This document shows, piece by piece, positions 27,751-41,474 of a stretch of 64,000 nucleotides of DNA. A model generated the notes under the pieces. It saw only the letters and a list, made by a program, of their open reading frames with translations, made no database searches and was not told where the DNA came from. This stretch comes from Eledone cirrhosa. Its lineage: Eukaryota. The position numbers and the translations under genes were made by a program. Every line of letters starts with the position of its first letter. Position 1 is the stretch's first letter. The stretch spans positions 30,628,001 through 30,692,000 of the forward strand of contig OZ024746.1 in the NCBI GenBank assembly GCA_964016885.1. The letters run 5' to 3'.

Positions 27751-28205
27751 AATGGTGATGATGGAGAAGAAGCAGAATAAGAGAAGTTAGTAAGACGTGA
27801 CAACACCACCAACAACAATCACCACCACCACCACTAACAACGCCCACCACTCACAACAACACCAGTAACAACAACATCAACAACATCACCAACAACACTA
27901 CCAACCACCCCCACCAACAACACCACCACCAACACCCCCACCAACAATCACCACCACTACCAACAACAACACTGCCACCAACTCCATTAACAGCAACATC
28001 AACAAAAAAAATGAAAACAACACCAACACCAACAACATCATCACCAACAACAACAACAACAATGAAGCCATATAGACCAGTAAGGACCCTTGCACCCATT
28101 GACTAAAGTATAAAGTTGGTGATGTATAACTGACATCTTTTAAAGAATCAATAACATAAAGTGGGGGGTAACCATTGACAACATGTACACACGTGTGTAT
28201 ATATG

Positions 28206-28240
<35 letters not shown>

Positions 28241-29660
28241 GGGGGGGGGAAGGGAGAGAGTGAAAGAAAAAGATGGGGGAGACAAAGACATACCAGTACT
28301 TATAAAGTACTTACTGATTGGTAGGGGGGAGTAACCACTGACAACATGTACACACGTGTGTGTGCATATATATATATATCTTTTCACCGCCCACCCCACA
28401 CTAACAATACTAACACCTCCACTCCACCCCTCATCTGACCACCCTTCCCCAACTAACATACTAACATCCCTTCCCTCCCCTCTTCTCCTCCTCCCCCCTC
28501 CTTATCACACGCACACACGCACCCACTTACACCACCCACCCCACACGCAACTAACATCACTAACACCCCCCAACCCCACGCACACGTACCCACACACCCT
28601 CGTACACCACCAACTCTACACACCCTACCACCACTAACCCCCACTCACACCTGCATTCCACCCCTCCCCACCTCCCGTATACTAACACCCACTAACACCT
28701 CTTCACCAAACTACACACACACCAGTACACCACACTCCCTCCATAGAACCACACACACCCTTCTCTCCCCGCTCCACACTCACTCATCCCACTAACACCC
28801 CTACTAATACACACACACACCCTCCTCACTCCAACTCTCACACCTACCCATCCTCGCCTCCCTACCATTCCGCCGACTGCTGCTATGCCCTTCCGACCAC
28901 CTCTCAGCACCAACTGACCACAGCACTCCCACTGCTGACCACTTCCTGTTGCGCGCGCACCCCACATCTCTCCTCTTCCGACCACCGCTTCTTGGATTAA
29001 CCCACACACGAAATTGACTTCTAACCAAATCTCCAAACCTCCGTGGAACTTACCAACTTTTCAACCATCCTCTTACACCATCACGTATATAACTCACCCA
29101 CACACACACACCCCAAAAACATTTTTTTATCCACACGCCACCCACACCCACAACACGCTTAAACCACACACACGTGCTTCCCACCACATATTTACACCCT
29201 CAGCCTCCTGATTCCTCTCCCCCCACCCCCTATCCACACACGCACAGACACTCCGACCCACAAAAACACCCCCCACACACACCTTCCTGAACATGCAACC
29301 CCGTTCTTCCCCCAACCCTCACTTTCACATACACACACACACACACGCACACCTAACCACACACACCACCTTCAGCCCTCCCCGCTCGGACACCCCGTCT
29401 CCCTCTCCCCACTCCACCCGCCACCACCCCTACTCACCCCACACCCTTCCACCACCTGTTTACCCCCCTTTTAATTTCAGTTTATTTTGATCATGCCTTT
29501 ATTTTTGAATTTTCTCCTTCCTTGTATTTTGATCATGCTTTATTTTTATTTATTATATTTTTTGTCTTTATTTGTTAATTTTTCATTCGCACCGTTTCCT
29601 TTCGCTATATGTCTCTCCACCACTCCCCTACACACCTTTTGAACTCTGTTCCCACACACT

Positions 29661-29700
29661 TCTCACCTGAAGAAGGGCTTATGCCCGAAACGTCGTCCCC
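29661..29700 (+). ncRNA. Minimal Penelope-type hammerhead core
   Basis: CTGAAGA-aGGGC ttat GCCC-GAAACGTC, followed by AATAAA and (TA)n; stem I is weak. Confidence 0.55.
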
Positions 29701-29784
29701 CACCTATCCCCCACTCTCCTGAGCGTGAATTTAATAAACATTTATTGTACTGCCTCTCTGTTCTGTCCCTGTTCAATTTTTCAT

Positions 29785-29872
<88 letters not shown>

Positions 29873-30157
29873 GAGGGGGAAAGAGAGAGAGACCATCAGT
29901 AAATAAAACATACACATACATGTACATAGAAACACATATATAGAGACATACATAGATAAAGAAGTATTAACATAAATGGCGGTATGGTGGAGATATATCT
30001 TGATTGAGCTAGGATGTAACTATTGACAACATGAATACACATACACATACACACACACATATATATATGTAAATGTATGTGTGTGTGTGTACGTATTTAT
30101 GTATGCATGTACACGCACATGCGGAAATATACTTACACATACACATGAATATATACG

Positions 30158-30212
<55 letters not shown>

Positions 30213-30487
30213 TTGCGAGCTAATGCCATAACGGCGAGTATATATATATATATATATATTTATGTGTGTGTGTGTGTGTATACACACACATATATATATA
30301 TATACACATAGGAAAAGAGTCAGGACCCCGACAGCTGAGCTCCGGCCGTTTCGACAACTAGGTCTGAACGTCCTGACTCTTTTCCTATTACCCACTCTAC
30401 TACTCAGTATCTTTGGTGCGTTATGGTCCACCTGGTTACTTACCACACTTCCTTCGTTTTATATAATATATATAATTTTATATAATA

Positions 30488-30521
<34 letters not shown>

Positions 30522-30873
30522 TTTTTTTTACTTCAAAAACCTTGTTTGTAAATAATATTATTCTTTCTTTCCTATTTCCTTAACATGTTCAACATCACAT
30601 TATTTTCTTTCCAACATTTTATACCAATACATATTCCCCCTTTGATAATGCATAAAAGGCTCAAACCGGTAATAGACAATTATTAAATATATAAATAAAT
30701 AAATAAATAAATAAATGCCATTGTTAATTAATAAATAAATTAACTAATACCTTAACACTTCACACAAAGTAAAATATTTTGTTTTAAAAATTTTCTAACT
30801 CAGAAAAAAAGAGAAAAAAAATATAAGGTAAAAAATATATTTTTCTTCCTAATAATGGACTTTTTCTCCCTAT

Positions 30874-30927
<54 letters not shown>

Positions 30928-30931
30928 ACTC

Positions 30932-31621
30932 GTGTGCTCCTTCTCCACATTTTATAATTATTATATACACATTATAATTATTAATTATTATAATGAACCG
31001 CAACAAAAAACTCTACCATACATCTCCACACACAACCCCCTCAACAATGAGGCATTCGACACCATCCTCCAGAACATTCCTTTACTAAAAAGAGACCCAA
31101 GAATGAACAAAATTCTCCAAACAGACAACATCATAAAGAGCAAAAGACAACCTAAATCCATAAAAAATATCCTCACACAAACCCTCACAATGAACCCTAC
31201 AGTAACAAAATGCGGAAGGCCCAACTGTGGCATATGCATAAATCTAATAGAAGGTTCAACATTCCATTTTAAACAAGGACAGCGTTTCACAGTTAAACAC
31301 AACTTTACATGTGCATCTGAAAACCTAATCTATGTTTTGACCTGCTCAGGTTGTCAAGAGCACTACATAGGACAGACAAAAAACAGCCTCCATCAACGTA
31401 TGACTGTCCATAAATCACAAATTAAAATACAGGAATACAGAAAGATTGCATTTAGTGAACATATCGCCAATTGTGCTCACAACCAACATACAAACTTTAA
31501 AATTTTCCTCATTTACAAATTCATAGACAACGCTACTTTCATCCAACGTACTAATAAGGAAACATATTTCATTAACAAATTCCAACCTCTACTTAATGCT
31601 CTAAAAATCGGACCAATCTAA
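30932..31621 (+). pseudogene. Penelope-like GIY-YIG endonuclease C-terminal fragment (RT missing)
   Basis: LPYISTHNP...KCGRPNCGIC Cys linker, LIYVLTCSGCQEHYIGQT..R...H...H...E.YFI (GIY-YIG with CCHH motif). Confidence 0.85.
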
Positions 31622-32169
31622 AACTGCAACAAACAATCAAACATTACAAGAGTTACCTCCCTCACACTCTACCTAATCCTTTTTCTTAAATAATTAAATA
31701 TCATCCTGCAAGAATTGCTTCCCCCTGCATATTAACTCTCTAAAAAGGGAAATCATATCAAACCTCAGTCCACCATTTGCCTCCATCATGGAATCATGGA
31801 TCAACTAAGCACTCTTGCTATATTAACACATTTTGATCTGCTTAACTTCAAGAACTATGGCTGTAAATAACATTATTTTTTCTTTCACACTGACTTTTTA
31901 TGCTCTACATTATGCCCGTATTTTTCCTTTTTTCTTTTTTCTTTTTTCTTTTTTCTTTTTTCTTTTTTCTTTTTTCTTTTTTCTTTTTTCTTTTTTCTTT
32001 TTTCTTTTTTCTTTTTTCTTTTTTCTTTTTTCTTTTTTCTTTTTTCTTTTTTCTTTTTTCTTTTTTCTTTTTTCTTTTTTCTTTTCTCTTCAAAAACCTT
32101 GTTTGTAAATAACATTATTCTTTCTGCACCTTCTCTTTAACATGTGTGACACCACACTGATACATTTCA

Positions 32170-32211
32170 CTATCATTTGATAATGCATAAAAATGCTGAA
32201 ACCGGTAATAG
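32170..32211 (+). ncRNA. pLTR hammerhead motif, U3-A8 variant
   Basis: ctatcat-TTGATAA-tGCAT aaaa ATGCt-GAAA-CCGG-TA-atag; the upstream pLTR copy (30642-30675) has GAAA>CAAA. Confidence 0.55.
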
Positions 32212-32423
32212 ACAATTATTAAATATATAAATAGATAAATAAATGCCATTGTTAAATAATAAATAAATCAATTAATACCTTAACACTTCACAGAAAGTAA
32301 AACATTTCGTTTTAATAATTTCTTAACCCAGAAAAAAAGAGAGAGAGAAACAAAAAAGGAAAAAAATATATTTTTCTTCCTAATAATCGTCTCTTTCTCC
32401 CTGTTTTCATATATATATATATA

Positions 32424-33696
32424 CGAGGTGTGTCAGAAAAGTTCCAGGACTGATGTCACAAAAGATTTATTTCAAACTTCACACTAAGAGTTTTCTCCTT
32501 CAAATTAATCCCCCTGGAGTCTAATGCACTTTTCCATCCCTTTCTGCCACGCTTGCATGCACTCCTGGAAGGATTCTTCCAGGATCCTCCGCAGTTCCGT
32601 CCACGTCTTCAAAATGGGTCCCCTTGATGACCCCTTTGAGCTTGGGGAATAGGAAAAAATCACACGGAGCCAGGTCGGAGGTGTAAGGAGGTTGCTCCGG
32701 CACGGCGATGTTCTTCTCGGACAGGAACTGTCGGATGATACCCAGGGCATTGTGAGCAGGCGCGTTGTCATGGTGAAGCAGCCACGAGTTGTCTTGCCAC
32801 AACTCTCGCCTCTTCTCACGCACTGAACGAAGCAAACGCTGCAGTATCTCTTTGTAGACATGTTGGTTGATCGTCTGGCCCTGTGACAAGAACTCGCAGT
32901 GGACGATCCCCCTCACATCGAAGAATGTGATCAACATGACCTTAACTTTGGACTTCGACTGTCGTGCTTTCTTCGACCTTGGCGACGACGGACTCTTCCA
33001 CTGAAGGCTCTGGCGTTTGGTTTCCGGGGCGTACTCGAAGATCCATGACTCATCACCGGTGATGACTGTCCCTAGCAAGTCTGGTTCGGTTTCAAGACGC
33101 TCGAAGATGTCCTGGCACACTTGCATGCGTCGAGCCTTCTGGTCATCGTTCAGCAGTTTTGGCACCATCTTCGCGCAGACTTTCCGCATGTCCAAATCTT
33201 CAGTGAGAATCTTCCAGACGCTGTCCCGATTCATGCCCGGCTCATTTGCCATCAGTCGAACAGTCAGCCAACGATCGCTACGCAGCATCTGCCTGACGCG
33301 CTCAACGTTGACCTCAGTCCTGGTTGTTGAAGGCCTTCCGCTCCTGGAGTCATTTTCCACGTCCTCGTGTCCTTCTTTAAACCTCTTGCACCACTCAAAA
33401 ACACGTGGGCGTGACATCGTCTTATCTCCATACACTTGCTGCAGCAATCCCAGTGCTTCTCACGGAGTTTTCCCCAACCGTACCAGAAACTTCAAGTTTG
33501 TTCGTTACTCTGTGCTCATTGCTTGACGACCTGAAACAGAGGACATGTATACAAAATTATGAAGAAAAAGGTTTGATCGCTGCAGAGAGCTAAGATTACA
33601 GTTACATACTTTGAAGGAGAAAACTCTTAGTGTGAAGTTTGGGTTTGAAATAAATCTTTTGTGACATCAGTCCTGGAACTTTTCTGACAAACCTCG
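32424..33696 (-). mobile_element. Tc1/mariner DNA transposon, full-length relic (1273 bp)
   Basis: About 80-bp TIRs starting CGAGGT(G/T)TGTCAGAAAAGTTCCAGGACTGATG, TA flanks. Confidence 0.92.
32505..33519 (-). pseudogene. Mariner transposase pseudogene
   Basis: TGDESW, HDNAPAH and DLAPCDFFLFPKLK motifs; two in-frame stops soon after the ATG at 33519 and a C-terminal frameshift. Confidence 0.9.
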
Positions 33697-35085
33697 TATA
33701 TATATGTGTGTGTGTGTATGCATATATGTATGTATGTATAGGGATAATCAGGCGATGGTTTTTAAACCATGTACAGTTTAAAGGCAAGAGTTTGCCTGTG
33801 TCTGCTTGTGGCAGCATGTGGCACCTAAAATGCTCGGTTCATACAACCCAAGAACATAAAAGGAACTTGTTCCAAGATGCCGTCGGGGGGGAAATTGAAC
33901 CAGAAATTTGGTGATTGGCAAGCAAACCTCTTAACCCCACAGTCAACCTTAGAAAACCACTGGTTTACTACGGAAGTGGACTTCAAAGATTTATAACTTC
34001 CTCGTTTGACAAATATTTGATGCTAATCATAGCAGTTGATTTAGAAGAGTCGCTAGAGTTTAAATGAGTTTAAATCCTACTGAGATCCATTTTGTTTTTC
34101 TTCTCTTCGGGATCGATAAAGAAAGCACCAGCCCAGTGCCTGTGCAGCTGTCTCTCCTTCCAGTTGTCACTTCATGGATGTTTTTTCTCAATTAGGGAAT
34201 TATCAATTTATCTTTTCCCTATAGTTCATTCCCCATTTTTAGAATGAACTTTTTTGAAAATGTTCTTATTCTCTTGAATTTTAATGAATTATATAATTAG
34301 TTAATTAATATTGAATTCTAAGTTTTACTTTGAAATTATCTATGAAACCAATTGCTTATTTGAGTTATTACAGTTATTTGTTTACGATTTGATAAACAAC
34401 TTCTTGTGTAAAAACAATCTTTATGTTTTATTTGTATTATCTCAATAAACCCTGGGTAAAAGTTGCTTTATCATCTCAAGTAGTTTCAATCTAATCCAGG
34501 GCCATCTCACTCCTGTTGGAGGAAACATTCCCTGGTTGACCTCCACCGCTTTCTGTTTGGTTTTAGTCATGTCTTCAGAGGTGTAGACGTACTCACCACG
34601 CTTAGCCAACTGAGTTAGTGACGACAATTAGGGGCGATGACTCTGGGGAGTTCATCCGCCTTTTAACAGCCATTGTTTTTTATGCAGAAAGTAGTTATTA
34701 TAATTATTTATTATTTAACTCTATCTATACAGTTAAATTTCCCTTCAGATATAATTCTTTATCCCTATGTACATATATCTTTAAATATATTTTTCAGATG
34801 TATGGGGCTGTTTGATCTTAATGAGTAATTCACTAAAATGAGTGTCATTTACTTAGATTTAAAATTATTCTAATGATTAATAAGGTAAAATTTGCCTTTC
34901 ATTAATTGCAGGTCAATTACCAGTCAAAGAATAAAAGAAAAAGGTAAATAATTCTGTAAATGATTTAGGCTGAAATCCCACCTTCCAGGGTTTTTCATTG
35001 GTCATTGCTTGAGGGCACAGAGCTGAAACTAAGTGTAGAGTCACAATAAATATGATTCCCAGTCGTTTAACTTTAGACTCTCCCT

Positions 35086-35365
35086 TACCATATTTCTAAT
35101 GAAAGACACTGTCTTTATGAAAGACACTGCCAATGTCCTTAACCATTTCATTGTCATATTTCTACTGAAAGATATTACCTATGTCTTCAACCCTTTCATT
35201 ACCATATTTCTAATGGAAGAAGAGCCAATGTCATTAACCCTTTCATTACTATATTTCTAATGAAAGACATTGCCAATGTCATTAACCCTTTCATTACTAT
35301 ATTTCTAATGAAAGACACTGCCTATGTCATTAACACTTTCATTACTATATTTCTAATGAAATATA
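35086..35365. repeat. 48-bp minisatellite, about 6 copies
   Basis: ATATTTCTAATGAAAGACACTGCCAATGTCATTAACCCTTTCATTACT-like unit. Confidence 0.75.
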
Positions 35366-35879
35366 TTACCAAACAAAAATTAGGTGGAACTGCTAAAACA
35401 GTTTCAGTCCATCCAATTTCACTCACAAGGCATATGTCAACCTAAATCTGTGGTAAATGACATTTACCCCAAACACCACACAGTGTGACCAAACCTGTGA
35501 CCTAATGATTGCGAAGGAGACATACTGTGCCGCTTTCTCTATATATACTATCGACAAAATAAAGTACCAGTCAAATACTGGGTCGATTTATTTTAACTAT
35601 TCCTGCCCACCTCTCTAAATGTATGGTATTCTTCCTATGTAACAAATCTGGGTTAAAAGCCATACACCACTTAGTGTTGTGGATTCACTCCCACCTTTCG
35701 ACTTTAGGACTTTAATGAAATAATGGAACTGGAACTAAGACATGATAAATGTTGGTTGACGGAGGGTAGTTTGACTGCTATTTCTAGCAAGTCAAAAAAA
35801 AGAACTCCTTCTCTGTAAACATTGGTTCTTTGTGGAGTTTCATCGACATGAACTAGATTTAAAATATTTTTGGAATGGT

Positions 35880-35910
<31 letters not shown>

Positions 35911-36380
35911 AAGAAGAAGAAGAAGAAGAAAGGGGAGGAGGAGGAGGAGGAGGAGGAGGAGGAGGAGGAGGAGGAGGAGGAGGAGGAGTAGGAGGTATAT
36001 GGAAACGATGGGGGTGCTGTTGTTGTGGTGGTGGTGGTGGTGTGGTGTGATGGCTGTTGTTGTTGTTGTTGTGGTGGTGGTGGTGGTGGTCGTCGTCGTG
36101 GATGTTGTTGTTATTGTTGTTCTGGTGGGGGGGGATGATTGTGGTGGTGGTGACTGTTGTTGTTGTGGCGGTGGTGGTGGTTGCTGTTGTTGTTGTGGTG
36201 CTGGTGGTGGCGGTGATGTTGTTGTTGTTGTTGGTGGTGGTGGTGTTGGTGGTGGTGGTGGTGGTGTTGTTGTTGCTGGTATTGATATTGTTATTGTTGT
36301 AGATATGTTTTCAAGGTTGTTTTTCGGGTTTTCTCAGTAAAAGTCGTGACAATATCTATCACGATTCCAGCGAAAATCAC

Positions 36381-36462
<82 letters not shown>

Positions 36463-37766
36463 TGTTGTTGTTGTTGTTGTTGTAGTAAACTGTTTTATCC
36501 TTTCTGTCTTTGTAAATAGATAGGTAGCTAAGGTGGCTACCTAAAGAGAGAGGAGAGAGAGAGAGAGAAGGGGAGAGAGAGAGTGGGGACAGATACAGAT
36601 AGACAGACAGACAGACAGACAAACAGGCAGAGAGTCAGATATACTGTACTAATAAATTCGATTAAATCTAACTCTCCAAATAACTGTGGAGTTTAAGCGG
36701 TATTACTGGGCTGGTTCTTGATATTTTCAGCTGACAACGTTTTCAGAGTTAAAATCCTTGACATTTAAATGTCTTCCTTTAAAATTATAAAAATAAAAAG
36801 TAACAGAAAAAGAATTGTTTCAAAGGATAGAAATATTTATGCAAGGGAAGTAATTCCCAAAAATTACCGTAAAAGTTATTTCCCTTGTAAAAAGAAATGT
36901 AACATGGCTGAATTATTAAAAGTTTTGATTGACAACTCTTGTTTCGGGTTGTTTCGAATTTACTTAGGCGAGGGTCATTTACCATAATAGACATAGGTCA
37001 ATCCAAGTCTTATGAGCGAAATTGGGCAGACGGAAACTGTATGGAAGCCGGTTGTATGGACTGTAGCTGTAATTCAATGGGGCAGACGTGTCACGCATTA
37101 TGTCATGCTAAATCTCCATAAGAACTACTTTCAAGAGTACACGTGTTTGTGGAATGCTCACTCACACGTTCATTTACCGTGCAGGCTATTTTGTTGATTG
37201 AACAAAAGAAACACTCGTCGTTGAAACTGACAAAGGTCCATTCCTTATTCATTTATATTTTGAATCTATGAGCTATATCTGTGTAACTACGTGTCAATAA
37301 ATGTAGGTGCCTGTCAAGAGCTGTGCTAAAATACCGAATATAAGTGGATATCATTGTACAGATTGTGGGTTTCCGTCGATTTCGACGATGAGCACTCCGT
37401 TGTTCAATCAATTCAACGTCCAGTTCGTGGGTTAAAGTGTAAGTAGTTGAGTATTTCACAAACACGTGCACCCTTAACGTAATTCCCAAGCTGAATCAGC
37501 ATATTACAAAAGTGGACCTTGCTGTAGACAGAGAATTCTGATGAGCATATTCTCTTCATTCTGTTGAGGTATTCATTCCTGGTCCTCTCCTTATTTATAG
37601 GTTTAACATATCTGACATTCTCATCTTGTTCAAGATACCTATAGCTGTCACCTAGCTGGAGAGGTAGTATCGTCTAACCGTTCATTTTTAATTTCACAAG
37701 CAGGCTATTCTGTAGATCATATCAACTGATACACTCGTCGTGGTAACCAACAGAATGCCAGTTAAT

Positions 37767-37883
<117 letters not shown>

Positions 37884-38139
37884 AAAAGTAAGGGTTAAAT
37901 CAACCAACATAAAACAAAAACAAAAGTCTTCTGTGAAATAACCAACAAGTGTGTTTAATGTCAGACAAAAGTCGATATACAAACGCACATATATATATAT
38001 ATATGTGTGTGTTTATATATGTTTATATTTACATATTTACAGTGGAATTATATAGTTTGAACGTTTAATAATTTACAATTCTTTATGAGATTTGTATTAA
38101 GGAGAAACACTCGAATCATTTAAGATACCTCAATACATA

Positions 38140-38628
38140 CACTGTATGTACTCGTGTATAAGTCGTAGCTTCTTTCGCAAATATGCTACGTTAAAATGAA
38201 AGTATAACTTATCTACTAGATCTATATAAACTCAGTTCAAAATATATGGTGCATTGTAAATGTATGCAAATGGAGGTGTAACTTATATACTGGACCTACA
38301 AAATCGCAAATCAAAATATATGGTAGATTGTAAATGTATGTAAAATGGAAGTGTGACTTATCTGCTGGGGCTACAAACTTTAATTCAAAATATATGGTAC
38401 ATTGTAAATGTTGTATGTAAAATGGAGGTGTCACTTATCTACTGGAACTACAAACTTTAATTCAAAATATATGGTACATTGTAAATGTTGTATGTAAAAT
38501 AGCGGTGTCACTTATCTACTGGAACTACAAACTTTAATTCAAAATATATGGTACATTGTAAATGATGTATTTAAAATGTATGTATGACTTATCTACCGGC
38601 AAGGTTTATACGAAAGTACATACAGTAT
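38140..38628. mobile_element. Pogo/Tigger-like MITE containing a 75-77-bp internal tandem array
   Basis: Ends ACTGTATGTACTCGTGTATAA / TTATACGAAAGTACATACAGT; TCAAAATATATGGT recurs five times. Confidence 0.55.
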
Positions 38629-39399
38629 ATTCTAACACAGTCTATGTGAAGGTATATTTTTATGTAATAAATTAGTAAAGACCTAGTAAACACCAATTCT
38701 AAATATATGTATATGTGTCTGTGTGTGTGCCTAGAGTATATGTTTATACATGTGATGTGTAAGCGTATGTGTTTGTTTATATGCGTATATCTTTATGCGT
38801 GTGATGTGTATATGCATGTGCATGCGTGCGCGCGTGTGTGTGTGTGTGTGCGTGTGCGTGTGTGTGTGTGCGTGCGTGCGTGTGTGTGTGTGTGTGTGTA
38901 TGTGTGTGTGTGCGTGTGTATTGCTGTCGCTGTGGTTATGGGTTAAGTTTATATTTTTAATGTGGTTATTGTATTAGTTACCTCGTAAAGTCCGATGTTT
39001 TCCGGTGTATAAGACGCACTGTTTGGCTCAAAATTATCATATCAAAAACATAATTATTTCTAATAACAAGGCCAACAATTTGGAGGAAAGAGAAAATTGA
39101 TTATATCGACCCCAGTACTTAACTGGTACTTTATTTTGGGGAAGGATGAAAGGCAAAGCTGGTCTCGGCGGGATTTGAACCCAGAATATAAAGGGCTGGA
39201 ACAAAATAGCGCCAAACATTTTATCCGACACATTAACGATTCTAAGCCCTATCTAATTATGGCTTAAGCCATACATAATTATGGCTGTATATTTAAACAG
39301 ACCTGCATAGTTTGGTTTAGTTCAATACCAATTAATACCAAAATTGATATTTCTCCTCTAAAAGACCTTATCAATTATCCATAATTATAGAGGATGTAG

Positions 39400-39755
39400 A
39401 CGGAGCATGACCGAAGAGTTAAGGAGTTTGTTTCACAATCATTAGATCCTAGATTCGATTACACTGTGTGCTATCTAGGATAAGTACCATTTACCATAAG
39501 TCTTGAGTCGACCCATGCATTGTGAATGAAATTGGGTAAACAGAGAATATTTAGAAGCCCGTCTGATGGGTTGTAGCTGTAATTCAAAAGACCAGTCTTG
39601 CATAAACTGTGTCATGTTGAATCTACCTGAGAATTACGTTTTGAGTACACATGTCTATGAAATGCTCAGCCACATACACGTTGATTTCATGAGCAGGCTA
39701 TTCCATTAATCGAACAACAAGAACGCTCATCGTCGAAACCAACGGAGATCCATTA
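39400..39755 (+). mobile_element. Old SINE-like dispersed repeat (related to 36970-37240 and 4540-4650)
   Basis: tRNA-like head; shared body CTGTAGCTGTAATTCAA...GTACAC(A/G)TGT...CAGGCTATT...TCGTCG. Confidence 0.55.
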
Positions 39756-41020
39756 CAGTAGACGGATAATTTTCATGTTTCGAAGCTATCTTTATAAACC
39801 TTTTTGTGGTTTACAAATAGAAGTATTTCAGAGGTTTAAATTTATTTGTGTCTGGAAAAACACTTTTTTTAAATATTAGACTGAAGTTTGTTCAATAAAA
39901 ATCGCTTAAATATTACTTAAATAAAAAATTTTCTTCAAAATAAATGTGCGTTGTTATATACCAGTGCGTCTTATATACCAGTGCATCTTATAACCCGAAA
40001 ACTATGGTATGTACTAGCACAGTTAATGTGGTGCAAAGATAACGTTAATGTGAGGAAACCTGTAATGTACATAATATAACCTAATATAAATAGTTGAAAA
40101 AGTGAAATATGTTTTATGTCGTGAGGAAGAAAAGAATACTGACGTTTCGGACATTCGTCCTTCTTCGGTGAATTAATTAAGGCTATACCCGTATTAAGGA
40201 GAAGTAAACATTGTTGGACAATGCCTAAATCAACCAAACAAAGGTAAGGGTGACAACTCAGTATAAAAACAAAAGTTAAATGGCTTGACGCACCAAAGAA
40301 CCAATTACCGCATTTGCTGACGTATTTGACGCTCCATCGTATAAGACGTTCCCTGATTTTACGAGGGCATTTTGAGAGAAAAAAATTTTAGTACATTTCT
40401 TCATAAATTTATTTTAAATTATTTAATTGTTTTTTCAGAAATTCTTATATAAGTTCGACATTATTTTACTTATATAAATTGTATTGTATTGCTGTATTAA
40501 TAATACTACTCGTAATACAAACTAATTTCTTTTAAACATGAATGTCCTCACCCTCCGTTCAGCCTCCCATCGGTGACACGGGCGTATTGGACGCAGTAAA
40601 GCTTTTTTATATGTGTTGTTGTTGTTTTTTTTTGGGGGGGGGGGGGGGGCGCGTCTAATAGACCGGCAAATACGGTGATTAAAACTAGGACATGTCTACA
40701 CTATAGTGCCTCCCTACCCCATTCACATGAATCTGTTTATTTGTAAGTTTATTAATATTGCATATTTTCTTCGTGAACTTTTTCACAGATAAGTTCTCAA
40801 AGGTCTAGAATACGGCTATGATTATTTGTTTATTTATTTTCATTTTTTTATTATTATTTTTGCTGTTTTTGTTTGTTTGTTTTTTAGTAGGGGTGAAGAA
40901 AAGTTGTCCCTAACTTTTAAACTGATCATTGCAAGGTATTGTGGTAGCGGGTCGTTAATAGCATGTAATAACGTTCCCAGATTATCTTATCTGACACCCT
41001 TATGTCGTGCAGCGATCATG

Positions 41021-41051
<31 letters not shown>

Positions 41052-41246
41052 ATGGTGGTGGTGGTGATGGTGGTGGTAGTAGTAGTAGTTACCGTTGTGA
41101 TAAACTGATATATACTTCATCACAGTTTACGGTCGTAGTAGACCTTAAGTACTGTTAACAAAACCTCTTAGAATGTGGCGTGTGATATTAGGATACACAC
41201 ACAGACACATACAAATACGCACAGATACCTACATACATATTCAAAT

Positions 41247-41305
<59 letters not shown>

Positions 41306-41474
41306 GGTCGTCTGCTCCATACAAAGCTTGACCACTTCTTGCACTTTATGTCTCTTCCTTTCAAGCATGAGATCTCAAATGGCGTTTGAAAGCCTGTGAA
41401 AGACCCCGCCCCATGCGTACATAGATACATACATACATTCAAAAAATGATAAAACTTGCTGACGTAGGTCACGT

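Larger units (their letters stand above)
30531..32410 (+). mobile_element. 5'-truncated Penelope-like element with flanking pLTR direct repeats
   Basis: Direct repeats 30531-30880 and 32088-32410, each ending in (TA)n and carrying an HHR-like motif, bracket a GIY-YIG ORF fragment. Confidence 0.85.

Noticed and set aside
32521-33447. Intact transposase or SETMAR-like host gene
   Set aside because: Upstream stops, C-terminal frameshift, TIRs present and no SET domain
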